A stretch of DNA of 64,000 bases, from the NCBI GenBank assembly GCA_965215265.1, contig OZ244048.1, forward strand, positions 2,368,001 through 2,432,000. Reading direction: 5' to 3'. Below, piece by piece: positions 1 through 10,624 of this stretch. The position numbers and the translations under genes are program-made. The number at the start of each line of letters is the position of its first letter. The first letter of the stretch is position 1. Source of the stretch: Candidatus Poribacteria bacterium. Its GTDB lineage: Bacteria; Poribacteria; WGA-4E; WGA-3G. The notes under the pieces were generated by a model. The model ran no database searches, was not told the DNA's origin, and was given only the letters and a program-made list of their open reading frames with translations.

Positions 1-270
1 CAGAAGCGAATGCTTGAAATCCGAGAAGAACTCGCAAACCGAACCGTTGAGTCAACCGTCGGTGGAGGCATGGTCACGGCTGTTGTGAATGGCCAACAAG
101 AAGTCGTTTCTCTCCAAATCAAGCCGGAAGTCGTAGATTCAGAAGATACAGAGATGCTGGAAGACCTCGTCGTAGCGGCGATTAACGAGGCACTTGAGCA
201 GTCCCAAGAATTAATGTCCGCAGAGATGAGCAAACTCACCGGAGGTCTAAAAATTCCGGGGCTACCGTAA
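1..270 (+). CDS. ybaB: YbaB/EbfC nucleoid-associated protein (5' truncated by window)
   Basis: Frame open from base 1; GGGMV..V.NG...V..L.I.PEVVD.ED.EMLEDLV.AA.N.A signature; directly upstream of recR. Confidence 0.93.
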   Translation, partial: QKRMLEIREELANRTVESTVGGGMVTAVVNGQQEVVSLQIKPEVVDSEDTEMLEDLVVAAINEALEQSQELMSAEMSKLTGGLKIPGLP

Positions 271-348
271 ATCCAAACAACTTGCAAATTGTTTCGCATC
301 ATCCAAGATAGCAGCAAAGATTTGCTAGTTATATCGGACAGAGAATTC

Positions 349-975
349 ATGGAAGAATACCCACGACCCTTGGCACGGCTGATCTGCGAGCTCCAAAAAC
401 TTCCGACGATTGGGCAGAAAACGGCACAACGGTTGGCATTTTTTATGCTAAAATTGCCAGAAACTGAGACTGTCCAGATTGCCAAAGCGATTGCTGAGGT
501 TAAACGGCTCCTGTCTTATTGCAACATTTGTGGTACAATTACGGATACGAATCCATGCTATATTTGTATTAATCCACGCCGCGATCGGCGGCTGATCTGT
601 GTAGTTGAAGAGTCAGATGATTTGTGGGCTATTGAACGAACCAACGGTTATAAGGGATTATACCACGTACTGGGCGGGGTGCTCTCTCCACTTGATGGTA
701 TCGGCCCCGATGAACTCAGAATCAATGCACTTTTTGAACGAATTGAGGAAAGCCGCTCCAAAAATTTTGAGCCGGGTGCAGATATCAAGGAGGTAATTCT
801 CGCGACTAATGGTACTACAGAGGGGCAGGCAACTGCCCTCTATCTCCTGCAACACTTGGAAAGATTTCAGATAGCCGTAACCCGGATTGCACAAGGCATT
901 CCTGTTGGTGGAGATTTGGAGTACATTGATGAGTTAACCCTCGCTAAAGCGTTGTCGGATAGACGTAAGGTATAA
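349..975 (+). CDS. recR: Recombination mediator RecR
   Basis: HhH LPTIGQKTAQRLAF, C4 zinc finger CNICG..CYIC, Toprim YHVLGGVLSPLDGIGP, GGDLEYIDE; likely ATG at 349. Confidence 0.96.
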   Translation: MEEYPRPLARLICELQKLPTIGQKTAQRLAFFMLKLPETETVQIAKAIAEVKRLLSYCNICGTITDTNPCYICINPRRDRRLICVVEESDDLWAIERTNGYKGLYHVLGGVLSPLDGIGPDELRINALFERIEESRSKNFEPGADIKEVILATNGTTEGQATALYLLQHLERFQIAVTRIAQGIPVGGDLEYIDELTLAKALSDRRKV

Positions 976-1010
976 GCAGAAAACGATGCCGCGTCTCGCT
1001 AAATCAAAAT

Positions 1011-1982
1011 ATGAAAAACTTTCATGAAATGCCAAATTCGATACAGCCAATTGTAGACAGAAGACAGATTCGGTTTCGGTGCATGTTCCTCTTAGTAACC
1101 TTTTGTTTGGGTATCTGTAGTCCTGCCTGTACAAATCCAATTCGTGAGAATGAGGACACTTCAACAAGCGCAGTGAACGCCTTTGATGCTCAAAATGCCT
1201 TTGCAATCTTGGAGAAACAGTGCAAATTCGGCCCGAGGCCGCCTGGTTCAGCGGCACACCGAAAAACGCAAGATTATCTATTCTTAGAACTTCAGAAATA
1301 CGCTGAGAATGTAGAACTCCAGCCACATCAATTCAAAACGCTGCATCTGAATAATATCTTGGCAGAGTTCGGAAGCAATAGCAGCGAGACGATGCTATTG
1401 GCAGCGCATTGGGACACGCGCCCCATCGCCGAGCACGATGCTATCCTTGAGAACCGGAATAAACCGATCCTCGGTGCAAACGACGGTGCCTCGGGTGTGG
1501 CAGTACTTCTTGAAATCGCACGTATTTTAAAGCAATACCCGCCGCCGCGTCGGGTCATCATTGTTTTATTTGATGGAGAAGATTACGGCAAAACTACGGA
1601 CGATATGTTTATCGGATCCCGTTTTTTTGCTCGAAATCTCGGCAGGTGGAAGCCAGACTACGGTATCTTGTTAGATATGGTAGGCGATAAGAATTTACAA
1701 CTGCCCATAGAAAGATATTCTTGGAATGCCAATCCTGAATTTGCAGAGGCGTTATGGAAACGTGCACGCGAACTCGGATTGGGAGCCTTCGAACACCGGG
1801 TCGGGGCGGCAATCATGGACGACCACGTTCCACTCATAAAGGTTGGTATCCCCATGGTTAATATTATTGACTTTGACTATCCGTATTGGCACACGCTTGA
1901 AGATACCGTAGACAAATGTAGCGCGAAAAGCCTGGAGATGGTTGGAACCCTCGTCCTCAGCACGATTTATGACGGCCTATGA
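1011..1982 (+). CDS. M28 family peptidase / glutaminyl cyclase-like exported protein
   Basis: [39 protein letters not shown] motifs; N-terminal hydrophobic segment with Cys. Confidence 0.88.
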   Translation: MKNFHEMPNSIQPIVDRRQIRFRCMFLLVTFCLGICSPACTNPIRENEDTSTSAVNAFDAQNAFAILEKQCKFGPRPPGSAAHRKTQDYLFLELQKYAENVELQPHQFKTLHLNNILAEFGSNSSETMLLAAHWDTRPIAEHDAILENRNKPILGANDGASGVAVLLEIARILKQYPPPRRVIIVLFDGEDYGKTTDDMFIGSRFFARNLGRWKPDYGILLDMVGDKNLQLPIERYSWNANPEFAEALWKRARELGLGAFEHRVGAAIMDDHVPLIKVGIPMVNIIDFDYPYWHTLEDTVDKCSAKSLEMVGTLVLSTIYDGL

Positions 1983-2041
1983 TGCCGCTGACGAGACCCG
2001 CTAGAGAATACCTAGATTCAATAACCGAGCAAAACAGAGAG

Positions 2042-3922
2042 ATGAACACTTACCAAAAACATTACGATGTTATCGTTGTTGGAGCGGGACATGCAGGCTG
2101 TGAAGCTGCGCTTGCTGCTGCGCGAATGGGCTGTGAAACGCTAATCGTTACCATTAACCTGGATACCATCGCTAAGATGTCCTGCAATCCTGCTATCGGC
2201 GGGTTAGCTAAGGGGCATCTCGTGAAAGAAATCGATGCCCTCGGGGGTGAGATGGCGAAAACGATTGACAAAACGGGTATTCAATTCCGGCGATTGAACA
2301 CGAAAAAGGGCCCCGCGGTCCGCGCCAGCCGTGCACAAGCAGACAAAAAGGCGTATCAAGATGAAATGAAGCGCGTTTTGGAAGCGCAGCAACGACTTGA
2401 CATCAAGCAGGTATTGGTTGAAGAATTATTGGTAGAAGACGGGCAATGCATAGGAATTCTGAGTCAGACGCAAACCGCCTATTTCGCCAGTACTGTCATT
2501 CTAACAACAGGGACCTTCCTCAAAGGCTTAATCCATATTGGCGATATCTGCTACAGTGCTGGCAGAGCAGGCGAATCATCTGCAGAGAAGCTGTCGACGA
2601 ACTTTTTGAACCTTGGCTTTGAAATCGGCAGGCTCAAAACAGGTACCCCGCCGCGCGTCAATGCAAATACTGTAGATTTCAGCAAAATGGAGATTCAGCC
2701 CGGCGATGAACAGCCGGCCCCTTTTTCATTTTCAACGGAGCACATCTCGCAGAGACAACTCCCATGTTATCTCACGTATACCAATGAAAAAACGCATCAG
2801 TTAATTCGCGATAATCTGCATCGTTCAGCAATGTATAGCGGGCGCATCGTCGGCATCGGACCCCGCTATTGCCCGTCAATTGAGGATAAGGTCATTCGAT
2901 TCGCAGAGAAGACTGCTCACCAAGTGTTTGTAGAACCGGAAGGCAGAGAAACCGATGAAATTTACCTCAATGGTATCTCGTCCAGTTTACCGGAAGATGT
3001 CCAAGTAGAGATGGTTCATAGCATCAAAGGCTTAGAGCATGCCGAGATCATGCGATTCGGATATGCCGTTGAATATGACTTTGCACCCGCCAGACAACTT
3101 AAACCGACCCTTGAAACCAAACGCGTCAAAAACCTTTACTTTGCAGGGCAACTCAATGGTACCACCGGTTATGAGGAAGCCGCTGCTCAAGGAGTGATAG
3201 CAGGTATAAATGCCGCCTTAAAGGTTAAAGAAGAGCAGCCTTTTGTGCTTGACCGGGCACAAGCATATATCGCTGTACTGATTGATGATCTGGTAACGAT
3301 GGATATCCGTGAACCTTACCGCATGTTCACATCACGCGCTGAATATAGATTGACTTTAAGGGAAGACAATGCAGACCTGCGTCTAACCGAACTCGGCAGA
3401 AGGATCGGACTCGTTGATGACAATAGATATAGACGATTCAAAATGAAAGCCGAACAGATTCAGACAGAACACAAGCGGTTGTACGAAACCGTTCTAAAGC
3501 CTCAGTTGGTACCGGATGCTAGTCTCACACACATCATCAAAACGGGCCAGTTGAAGCAGCCAACATCGCTGGCGGAACTGCTTAAACGTCCTGCGCTGCA
3601 CTACGAAGACATAGCACAAATTGCGCCACCGTCAGAGGCACTCTGTGCGGCTGTAAAAGAACAGGTTGAAATTCAGATCAAATACGAAGGCTATATCCAG
3701 CGGCAACAGAGACAGATTCATCAGTTTAAACGGTTAGAGAATTATCGAATTCCGGAGGCGTTTGACTACACCGAGGTGCCGGGCTTAAAGGTAGAAGCCC
3801 GCGAAAAATTGGCAAAAATTCGTCCGGCTTCTATCGGGCAAGCTTCGCGGCTGCCCGGGGTTTCGCCTGCAGATATCTCAATTTTGACCGTTATCCTGCA
3901 TCAACAAACAGCCAAGCGTTAA
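2042..3922 (+). CDS. mnmG: tRNA uridine 5-carboxymethylaminomethyl modification enzyme MnmG (GidA)
   Basis: [60 protein letters not shown]. Confidence 0.97.
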   Translation: MNTYQKHYDVIVVGAGHAGCEAALAAARMGCETLIVTINLDTIAKMSCNPAIGGLAKGHLVKEIDALGGEMAKTIDKTGIQFRRLNTKKGPAVRASRAQADKKAYQDEMKRVLEAQQRLDIKQVLVEELLVEDGQCIGILSQTQTAYFASTVILTTGTFLKGLIHIGDICYSAGRAGESSAEKLSTNFLNLGFEIGRLKTGTPPRVNANTVDFSKMEIQPGDEQPAPFSFSTEHISQRQLPCYLTYTNEKTHQLIRDNLHRSAMYSGRIVGIGPRYCPSIEDKVIRFAEKTAHQVFVEPEGRETDEIYLNGISSSLPEDVQVEMVHSIKGLEHAEIMRFGYAVEYDFAPARQLKPTLETKRVKNLYFAGQLNGTTGYEEAAAQGVIAGINAALKVKEEQPFVLDRAQAYIAVLIDDLVTMDIREPYRMFTSRAEYRLTLREDNADLRLTELGRRIGLVDDNRYRRFKMKAEQIQTEHKRLYETVLKPQLVPDASLTHIIKTGQLKQPTSLAELLKRPALHYEDIAQIAPPSEALCAAVKEQVEIQIKYEGYIQRQQRQIHQFKRLENYRIPEAFDYTEVPGLKVEAREKLAKIRPASIGQASRLPGVSPADISILTVILHQQTAKR

Positions 3923-3928
3923 ATTCCG

Positions 3929-4684
3929 TTGAAGCATCCTATTCGGAGTGCGATGTCTATAGAGAGAAGCAGCGTCGCGATGTCTGAAGTTACGTCCGGA
4001 AAATTTGCTGAGTCTTTAGAACAGACTTTCGGCAATTATGGGTTCCCACTCACACAGAACCAAGTAGAACAATTAACCCGGTATCGTACCGAATTATGCC
4101 GGTGGAATAGACGTATCAACCTAACCGCAATCACAAAAGATGAGGAGATTATTCGTAAACACTTTCTTGACTCGCTGGGTGTACTAAAATATATCACACT
4201 CCATCCTAAGGCTGCAGTCATTGACATCGGCACCGGGGCGGGATTTCCCGGAATGGTGCTAAAAATTTACGTCCCCGACATTTGGTTAACCCTTGTTGAA
4301 GCAAAACAAAAGAAGGTCAGTTTTCTAAAATTTCTGACTGCACAATTGATAGACGTAGCAGGAAACGCAAATTGCACATCTAAGGTTCAAGTGTTAGCGG
4401 AGCGGGCTGAAACCTGTGCCCGGGAGCCTTGCCACATAGGTGTTTATGATTGGGTATTCACGCGTTACGTTGCCTCACTTAGAGACGCGGCCGCCTACTG
4501 CTTACCGTTATTAAAATCAACTGGGAAGTGGGTGGCCTACAAATCCGGTGAAGAGACTGTTCACGCGGAAATTCGCGACAGTGCTACGAGGTTTGACGCA
4601 CTCGGTGGAGCCGTTGAAACCGTTTTCACGAGCTCGATGCTCAATCGGCACTATATTGTCATTAGCCGCCTAAACAAAGCATGA
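3929..4684 (+). CDS. rsmG: 16S rRNA m7G527 methyltransferase RsmG (GidB)
   Basis: WN..INLTAI, HFLDSL, DIGTGAGFPG; follows mnmG; start uncertain. Confidence 0.93.
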   Translation: MKHPIRSAMSIERSSVAMSEVTSGKFAESLEQTFGNYGFPLTQNQVEQLTRYRTELCRWNRRINLTAITKDEEIIRKHFLDSLGVLKYITLHPKAAVIDIGTGAGFPGMVLKIYVPDIWLTLVEAKQKKVSFLKFLTAQLIDVAGNANCTSKVQVLAERAETCAREPCHIGVYDWVFTRYVASLRDAAAYCLPLLKSTGKWVAYKSGEETVHAEIRDSATRFDALGGAVETVFTSSMLNRHYIVISRLNKA

Positions 4685-4810
4685 TACCAATTACTGCAAA
4701 CAGAATACCTTATACGGACTACTTTTAAAAATTGCATGAAGTCAAGAAAGGAAGTTTTGAAACGCTTAAAGTCTGTAAGGATAGGATTTCCACACCTGAA
4801 GGAAAATTTG

Positions 4811-5149
4811 ATGAATTTTGATACAATAGTAAGAGAACAAAATATCTCTATTCTCCGCGTTGAAGGGAAAATCATTGGAAGTACTGCCAAGGCATTTCGT
4901 CAAGCGATGGAACGTCAGCTTGAGGTAGGAAACGTTAAACTCGTCGTCGATTTAACGAAAGTGCCATTGATTGACAGTACGGCCCTCGGTGCGATTATCT
5001 TAGCCATGCGCGGCTTCCAAGAATCGGGCGGTAAATTAGTGCTGCTTAACCCACAGAAAGCGGTCCAGAATGTGCTGGAGGTAACACATCTTGCCTCTGT
5101 CGTCGAAATCTATGATACGGAGGACAGGGCGCATGCTGCGCTTTCGTAA
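4811..5149 (+). CDS. STAS-domain anti-sigma factor antagonist (RsbV/SpoIIAA-like)
   Basis: VVDLTKVPLIDSTALG with phosphorylatable Ser; ATG 4811 after purine-rich RBS. Confidence 0.88.
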   Translation: MNFDTIVREQNISILRVEGKIIGSTAKAFRQAMERQLEVGNVKLVVDLTKVPLIDSTALGAIILAMRGFQESGGKLVLLNPQKAVQNVLEVTHLASVVEIYDTEDRAHAALS

Positions 5150-5186
5150 TTCGCTATGAGGGTGCTTTGAGAAAGCTGAGAGTCCA

Positions 5187-7583
5187 ATGAAAAGGAAACC
5201 CACCGCGAAACGCTCGTCACTCAAACTCGGCTTACGCGGACAACAGATTATCCTGTTTCTGTTGGTTTCCCTGATGCCGTTGTTCACGGTGGCCCTAACC
5301 ATTAAGGTATTAGGCGAGAACGCTTTGAAAAGTAGTGTAGGGGACAGTCTCGTCTTATTGGCACAACAGAAACTTTACCAAACCGATAGAGCGATATCAG
5401 AAAAAATAGAGAACATTTACAGTGAACTCCCCAACATCACAGAAGCGGTCCGCTGGTCTAACAGTGCTAAAGAGAAACAGCTCGTATTTTTGACGGTTTG
5501 GGCACGCTTAGACGATAGCATTCGGTTATTTGAGGCTTATGCAGGGTATGACAGTGAGGTAACCATTGCGAATGCGACTGGAGAGGTGCTTCGTTCAAAC
5601 AACCCTGAGCTTGATTACAGCACCAAGGAGCCGGCTCCTCACCGGGTGAACAATCAAGATTGGTGGCAAAAGGCCTACAACAACGGCCTCGGATATCAGT
5701 TTGTGGAGGATGTGACGTATGATACCACGCGCGGCGCACATGTACTCCCGATTGCGTTGCCAATTAGAGCGGAATCGCAGCCTGCAAACACTTCTGGAGA
5801 GAAAAATCGGAAATTGCCCGTTCACATAGAAAACCCCGTCATCGGTGTGCTCAGGGCAGTTCTGTTACTGCCTGAATTGACGAATCTTGTTGAATCCAGT
5901 CCTGATATTGAAGAAACGGACACCTTTTTGATAAACCAATCCGGTACAATTATCTCCGCGTCACCTGGGAGTGGATATAGCATCGGTAATTATGAGATAA
6001 GCAATGCGGTTGCCTCGGCAATTGTTGAAGCCAAAAAACGGAACAGCGGAAGTTACTACGGTTATGAGGCAGATGGCGAGACCGATAGTTTCGGTGAAAA
6101 CCGCATCTACGGTTGGGCACGAACACAGCCTTCCGTGCTGGAACCGTGGAAGGTAGAACAAAATTTTAGCAATTGGATAATTTTCGTTTCCCGTCCCGTT
6201 TCATCTGCGTACGCCGCGGTCGGGAAATTGAACAGATATATCTTTTACGTCACACTTGCGTCCGCTGCCACTGTTGTTTTGATAGCCTGCTGGGCCGCCC
6301 AAAGAATTACGACACCTATCATGCAATTAGCCGGTGCAGCACGTAACATCGCGCAGAGCGAGTCTGAAGGTGAGCTAGGGCAGAGCTTGCAAAACCGTAT
6401 TGAAAAGCCCATCCACAGCAGCACGGAAGTTGGGATTCTGGCAGAAGAATTCAATAACATGCGTCAAAATTTGAAGGCCGCTGTTGAAGAACTCAGCAAT
6501 GAACAAAAAAAGTTGATGGCGATTGTCGAAAACCTCGGGGAAGGATTGATTGTTGTTGATAAAAATAGTAGAGTACTATATATTAACCCTGTGGCAGAAA
6601 CGCTATTCAAGCTGGGTGATACAGAGAATTATGAAAACTTCGTCTCTCTTGACATATCAGCAGGTCAAGTCCATTGGCGGAAGTCTCTCCTTGGAGAGGC
6701 GATGTCCGACACGGTAACGGCTGAATTAAACGTGCTTTCCGAAACACAGCACGAAACGCATCACACCGTGATTGCGGAAATTAATCAAACACAAGTTCTC
6801 CGGATTGTGACGAGTCAATTTGTGGATGAGAGGCACACGACAGTAGGAACGGTGTACCTGTTTGATGACATCACGTCTGAATACGAAATTGATAAAATGA
6901 AATCCGAGTTCGTCTCACTTGTCTCGCATGAATTGCGTACACCGTTGACATCCATCATGGGGTTCATCTCACTTATTCTGGATGGAAAAACTGGCGGAAT
7001 TAACGAAAAACAGCGCGAAAGTCTGAGCCGGGCACTGCGTCAATCAAAGCGTCTCACAGCGCTTATTAACGATTTGCTTGATGTTTCACGAATTGAAGCC
7101 GGGCGGATTGAGATGAAGCAGGAACACATAGCGATTCAAAAGATAGCAAAGCGACGACTGGAAGAATTACGTCCACAAGCAGCTGAGAAAGCGATTACGC
7201 TTGTTATAGACACTGAACCGAATTTACCGGTTATCACCGGTGATGCCGATAGGATCGGACAAGTTTTTATCAACCTCATCGGAAATGCGATTAAATTTAC
7301 ACCGGACAACGGAAAAGTGACTGTCAGAATCTCCCGTGTCCCTGACACAAAGCGTGCACTCCATGCTGAAGTCATTGACACCGGCCCAGGCATTCCGCCT
7401 GAGGAAAGAGAAAAAATTTTTGATAAATTCCATCAGCTTGGAAGTGTGCAGACACGCCAGCAGGGTGGGACGGGCTTAGGACTCGGTATTGCTGCTGCGA
7501 TAGTTGACGCACACGGGGGCAAATTGTGGGCGGATGCTGGGGCGAACGGACACGGCTGTAATTTTCAATTCATCATCCCGTAA
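5187..7583 (+). CDS. Membrane sensor histidine kinase (periplasmic Cache-like, HAMP, PAS, HisKA, HATPase)
   Basis: Two TM segments; SHELRTPL H-box; NLIGNAIKFT; DTGPGI; GGTGLGL. Confidence 0.93.
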   Translation: MKRKPTAKRSSLKLGLRGQQIILFLLVSLMPLFTVALTIKVLGENALKSSVGDSLVLLAQQKLYQTDRAISEKIENIYSELPNITEAVRWSNSAKEKQLVFLTVWARLDDSIRLFEAYAGYDSEVTIANATGEVLRSNNPELDYSTKEPAPHRVNNQDWWQKAYNNGLGYQFVEDVTYDTTRGAHVLPIALPIRAESQPANTSGEKNRKLPVHIENPVIGVLRAVLLLPELTNLVESSPDIEETDTFLINQSGTIISASPGSGYSIGNYEISNAVASAIVEAKKRNSGSYYGYEADGETDSFGENRIYGWARTQPSVLEPWKVEQNFSNWIIFVSRPVSSAYAAVGKLNRYIFYVTLASAATVVLIACWAAQRITTPIMQLAGAARNIAQSESEGELGQSLQNRIEKPIHSSTEVGILAEEFNNMRQNLKAAVEELSNEQKKLMAIVENLGEGLIVVDKNSRVLYINPVAETLFKLGDTENYENFVSLDISAGQVHWRKSLLGEAMSDTVTAELNVLSETQHETHHTVIAEINQTQVLRIVTSQFVDERHTTVGTVYLFDDITSEYEIDKMKSEFVSLVSHELRTPLTSIMGFISLILDGKTGGINEKQRESLSRALRQSKRLTALINDLLDVSRIEAGRIEMKQEHIAIQKIAKRRLEELRPQAAEKAITLVIDTEPNLPVITGDADRIGQVFINLIGNAIKFTPDNGKVTVRISRVPDTKRALHAEVIDTGPGIPPEEREKIFDKFHQLGSVQTRQQGGTGLGLGIAAAIVDAHGGKLWADAGANGHGCNFQFIIP

Positions 7584-7615
7584 GAAAACAGACATCACAA
7601 AAAAGGATTGAGCGG

Positions 7616-8824
7616 ATGCCCGAAACCATTTTGGTTGTTGATGACGATATAGATATCTTGGAACTCCTCAAGCTCAGCTTGGAATCGGATGGATTTAATG
7701 TACGAACCGCGAACGATGGAGAAAGCAGTCTGGGCATCGCACGTACTTATCTCCCGGATCTGATTCTGCTTGATATCATGATGCCTAATAAAGATGGATT
7801 GGCTGTCATCAATGAACTGAAAGGTGATGGTGAAACGAAACAGATTCCGGTAATTTTGCTCACGGCACGCGGACAAACCGAAGACAAAGTTCGAGGCTTG
7901 GATACCGGCGCGGACGATTATATAACAAAGCCTTTTGATTTGCGGGAAGTCACCGCGCGCATTAAAGCTGTCTTGGGTAGAACACGCCAGATAAAATATA
8001 TAAACCCACTCATGCATGCTATGGGAGATAGGTTCAGCGAGCAAGGCGTGCAACAACTCGTCGGCCATCTACAGGCCGCTGCAGCTATACAACAAAAATT
8101 GCTACCAGAAAAAACGCCAAACCTACCGGGTGTTGAGATCGCTGCCCGACTACAAAGCTCAACAGCCGTCTCTGGCGATTTCTACGATTTCATACCCCTG
8201 AGTAAAACGCAAATAGGCATTGTCCAAGGAGACGTGGTTGGGAGTGGTATACCCGCTGCATTGCTGATGGTGATGATCCAAACAGCACTGCGGCTACTCT
8301 GTACTGAGCAGCATTCGCCAGCAACGATTCTGAAACGGATTAATGATTTGCTCGTCCGGGACACCGACCCGGAAGTATATGCGACAATAATTTACGGTAT
8401 TTTGGATACCGAGTTGTTTACCTTCACATATTCAAACGGTGGACACTGTTATCCATTGCACTGGCAGCATGGGACACCCCAGAGAAAAATAGAGCTCTTA
8501 AAAATAGGCGGGATGCTTGTCGGGACTTTTAAGGACGCAACCTTTACAACGGGAACGTCTCTCCTCGCCCCGGGCGATGTCTTAGTCTTTTATACAGATG
8601 GTATCACGGAAACGGTGGGCCCTACGGAGAGCGTAGAAGAGACATTCTATGGCGTAGAACGCCTCGTTGGCTGGCTAACTAAAAAACTCCAGACAGCAAA
8701 GAACGAAAGTTCGCTTTCGGCCTCTGTGCTATGCGATACTCTTATAACTGAACTTGCACAGTTTAGCGGCAGTCCGCAACCCGCTGACGACAGGTCATTA
8801 ATTATCATCAAACGTGATGCATGA
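7616..8824 (+). CDS. Response regulator receiver fused to PP2C/SpoIIE phosphatase (RsbU-like)
   Basis: ILVVDDD..PDLILLDIMMP..KPF receiver; SGDFYD, GDVVGSG, YTDGITE, DDRS. Confidence 0.92.
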   Translation: MPETILVVDDDIDILELLKLSLESDGFNVRTANDGESSLGIARTYLPDLILLDIMMPNKDGLAVINELKGDGETKQIPVILLTARGQTEDKVRGLDTGADDYITKPFDLREVTARIKAVLGRTRQIKYINPLMHAMGDRFSEQGVQQLVGHLQAAAAIQQKLLPEKTPNLPGVEIAARLQSSTAVSGDFYDFIPLSKTQIGIVQGDVVGSGIPAALLMVMIQTALRLLCTEQHSPATILKRINDLLVRDTDPEVYATIIYGILDTELFTFTYSNGGHCYPLHWQHGTPQRKIELLKIGGMLVGTFKDATFTTGTSLLAPGDVLVFYTDGITETVGPTESVEETFYGVERLVGWLTKKLQTAKNESSLSASVLCDTLITELAQFSGSPQPADDRSLIIIKRDA

Positions 8825-8956
8825 AGCTGCACACGGCAATGATGTCTCGCGGAAACAGGGACAGAAAACGCTGTGCAACTGCAGTCCACTGTTATCTTAC
8901 ATAGACAGGGATTCTCACAAAACAGGAAAACTGACAGTAAAGAAAGGAGATTCAGC

Positions 8957-9385
8957 GTGGGCGAGAAACAAGAACAAGTTATTACCCTTTCTCTCCCCAG
9001 TTCAATGCAACATATTTATCTGCTGGATGTTGTAACTACTGAAATTCTGAGTCAGATGAATTTCAAGGAAGAACTCCGAGAGCAGGTGAACCTTGCTGTT
9101 ATTGAAGCAGGCACAAACGCAATAAAGCACGGAAATAAAGAAGAGCTGGACAAAAAGGCTGATTTTCAGTTTATCCTCGCAGAAGACAAACTGACTATTG
9201 TCATTCAAGACCAAGGCAAAGGATTTACACGAGAAGATGTTGAAAATCCGCTCGACCCGGATAATTTGCTCAAGAGCAGTGGTAGAGGCATATTTCTCAT
9301 GGAAGCTTATATGGACGATGTTTCCTTTGATGGACAAGGGACTATTGTCAAAATGGTGAAATATAAGGGTACACCGGATTCGTAG
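8957..9385 (+). CDS. Anti-sigma factor serine kinase (RsbW/SpoIIAB-like)
   Basis: LAVIEAGTNAIKHG, DQGKGF, GRGIFLM; GTG at 8957 after AAGGAG. Confidence 0.9.
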   Translation: MGEKQEQVITLSLPSSMQHIYLLDVVTTEILSQMNFKEELREQVNLAVIEAGTNAIKHGNKEELDKKADFQFILAEDKLTIVIQDQGKGFTREDVENPLDPDNLLKSSGRGIFLMEAYMDDVSFDGQGTIVKMVKYKGTPDS

Positions 9386-9497
9386 GCACCCCATACTCCT
9401 AAGCGAAGGAAACCGAAACCGTGCTCCACGAGACACAACAGCATCTATCAAACTATACATGCACCGCATACATTTCCGAGATGCTAAAGGAGGGTTT

Positions 9498-9842
9498 ATG
9501 CAAGTCAACATTCGACATAAAGGCAGCGTTACAATCTTAGATATTGAAGGGAAAATCATTGGTCCGGATACATTGGCACTGAAACGCGTCATTGATGAAC
9601 AGGTTGAAGCAGCTCAAGACGGGAAACTCAATCTGATTTTGAATATGGAGCGCGTCCAGATAATGGATAGTTCGGGTCTAGGTGTCCTCGTCGCCTCTTA
9701 TTCCACAATCACCCGGAATAACGGACGGGTTGTACTCCTCAACCTCGGGGGCAATATCAGAAGCCTTATTGTTATGGCAAAATTGGTTACAATCTTCGAC
9801 CGGTACGAAACCGAAGCGGAGGCGATCTCCAGTTTTTTATAG
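9498..9842 (+). CDS. Second STAS-domain anti-sigma factor antagonist
   Basis: MDSSGLGVLV motif; ATG 9498 after AAGGAGG. Confidence 0.9.
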   Translation: MQVNIRHKGSVTILDIEGKIIGPDTLALKRVIDEQVEAAQDGKLNLILNMERVQIMDSSGLGVLVASYSTITRNNGRVVLLNLGGNIRSLIVMAKLVTIFDRYETEAEAISSFL

Positions 9843-9850
9843 GCAACTAT

Positions 9851-10624
9851 ATGATCCAAACACTGAGCACCAGAGACTCCGAACAGAGTATTAGTTTATG
9901 GGATAAGTGCACCGGATGCAACGAACTTGTTTTCAAAGGTGAACTAGAACGAAACTTCTATGTCTGCCCCTACTGTGCGCATCTGTTTCCGCTTTCCGTC
10001 GAAAAACGGTTAGAGCAGCTGCTTGACGTTATGCCTGCAGAAGAGGCACAGACTGCAGCCCTCACCGGAACAATCTCAGGCTATCCTGTCAGTCTATTCA
10101 TTGAAGAATTAGGGATGATACCGACGCAAAATCACCAGGCCGCCTTCCTCACTGCAACGCATGCCGCTTTCAACGAACGGGTACCACTTATTACCGTTGT
10201 CAGGGGACAGCCTCATGAAGAGCAGTTCTCTCTTTGGGAGACTACCTACTTGGCATCCGAAATGGAAAGGCTTGCAGCGGTATCACTGCCGCATATCACT
10301 GTCATCACTGAAACCGGCTCTATCCCGTTGATAACCAACCTACCTGTCGGGGAATTGGTTATCGCCGAACGAACCGGCAGTAACGAACAAAACACAGCTG
10401 TAAAGCTGCAACCTGCTTTGCACGCGCCTGAAGAACAACTTTTGGCACAAACCACTATGTTAGATGGAGCCGCGGAACTGAAAACAGAAAATGGGTTTCG
10501 TAATACGGAGGTGAGCCCGGACATCAGCGTTGATTGCTATATTTCACGTGTAGAACTCCCGGATCTGTTAGGAAAATTGCTAAAATTTTTCTCTCATAAT
10601 TCGGCTGTTAAGGAAAGAGAATGA
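9851..10624 (+). CDS. Degenerate AccD-like protein (intact C4 zinc ribbon, eroded carboxyltransferase domain)
   Basis: LWDKCTGC..VCPYC.H..LS...RLEQLLD matches the AccD N-terminus; GGSMG and SGGARMQEG are absent. Confidence 0.65.
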   Translation: MIQTLSTRDSEQSISLWDKCTGCNELVFKGELERNFYVCPYCAHLFPLSVEKRLEQLLDVMPAEEAQTAALTGTISGYPVSLFIEELGMIPTQNHQAAFLTATHAAFNERVPLITVVRGQPHEEQFSLWETTYLASEMERLAAVSLPHITVITETGSIPLITNLPVGELVIAERTGSNEQNTAVKLQPALHAPEEQLLAQTTMLDGAAELKTENGFRNTEVSPDISVDCYISRVELPDLLGKLLKFFSHNSAVKERE

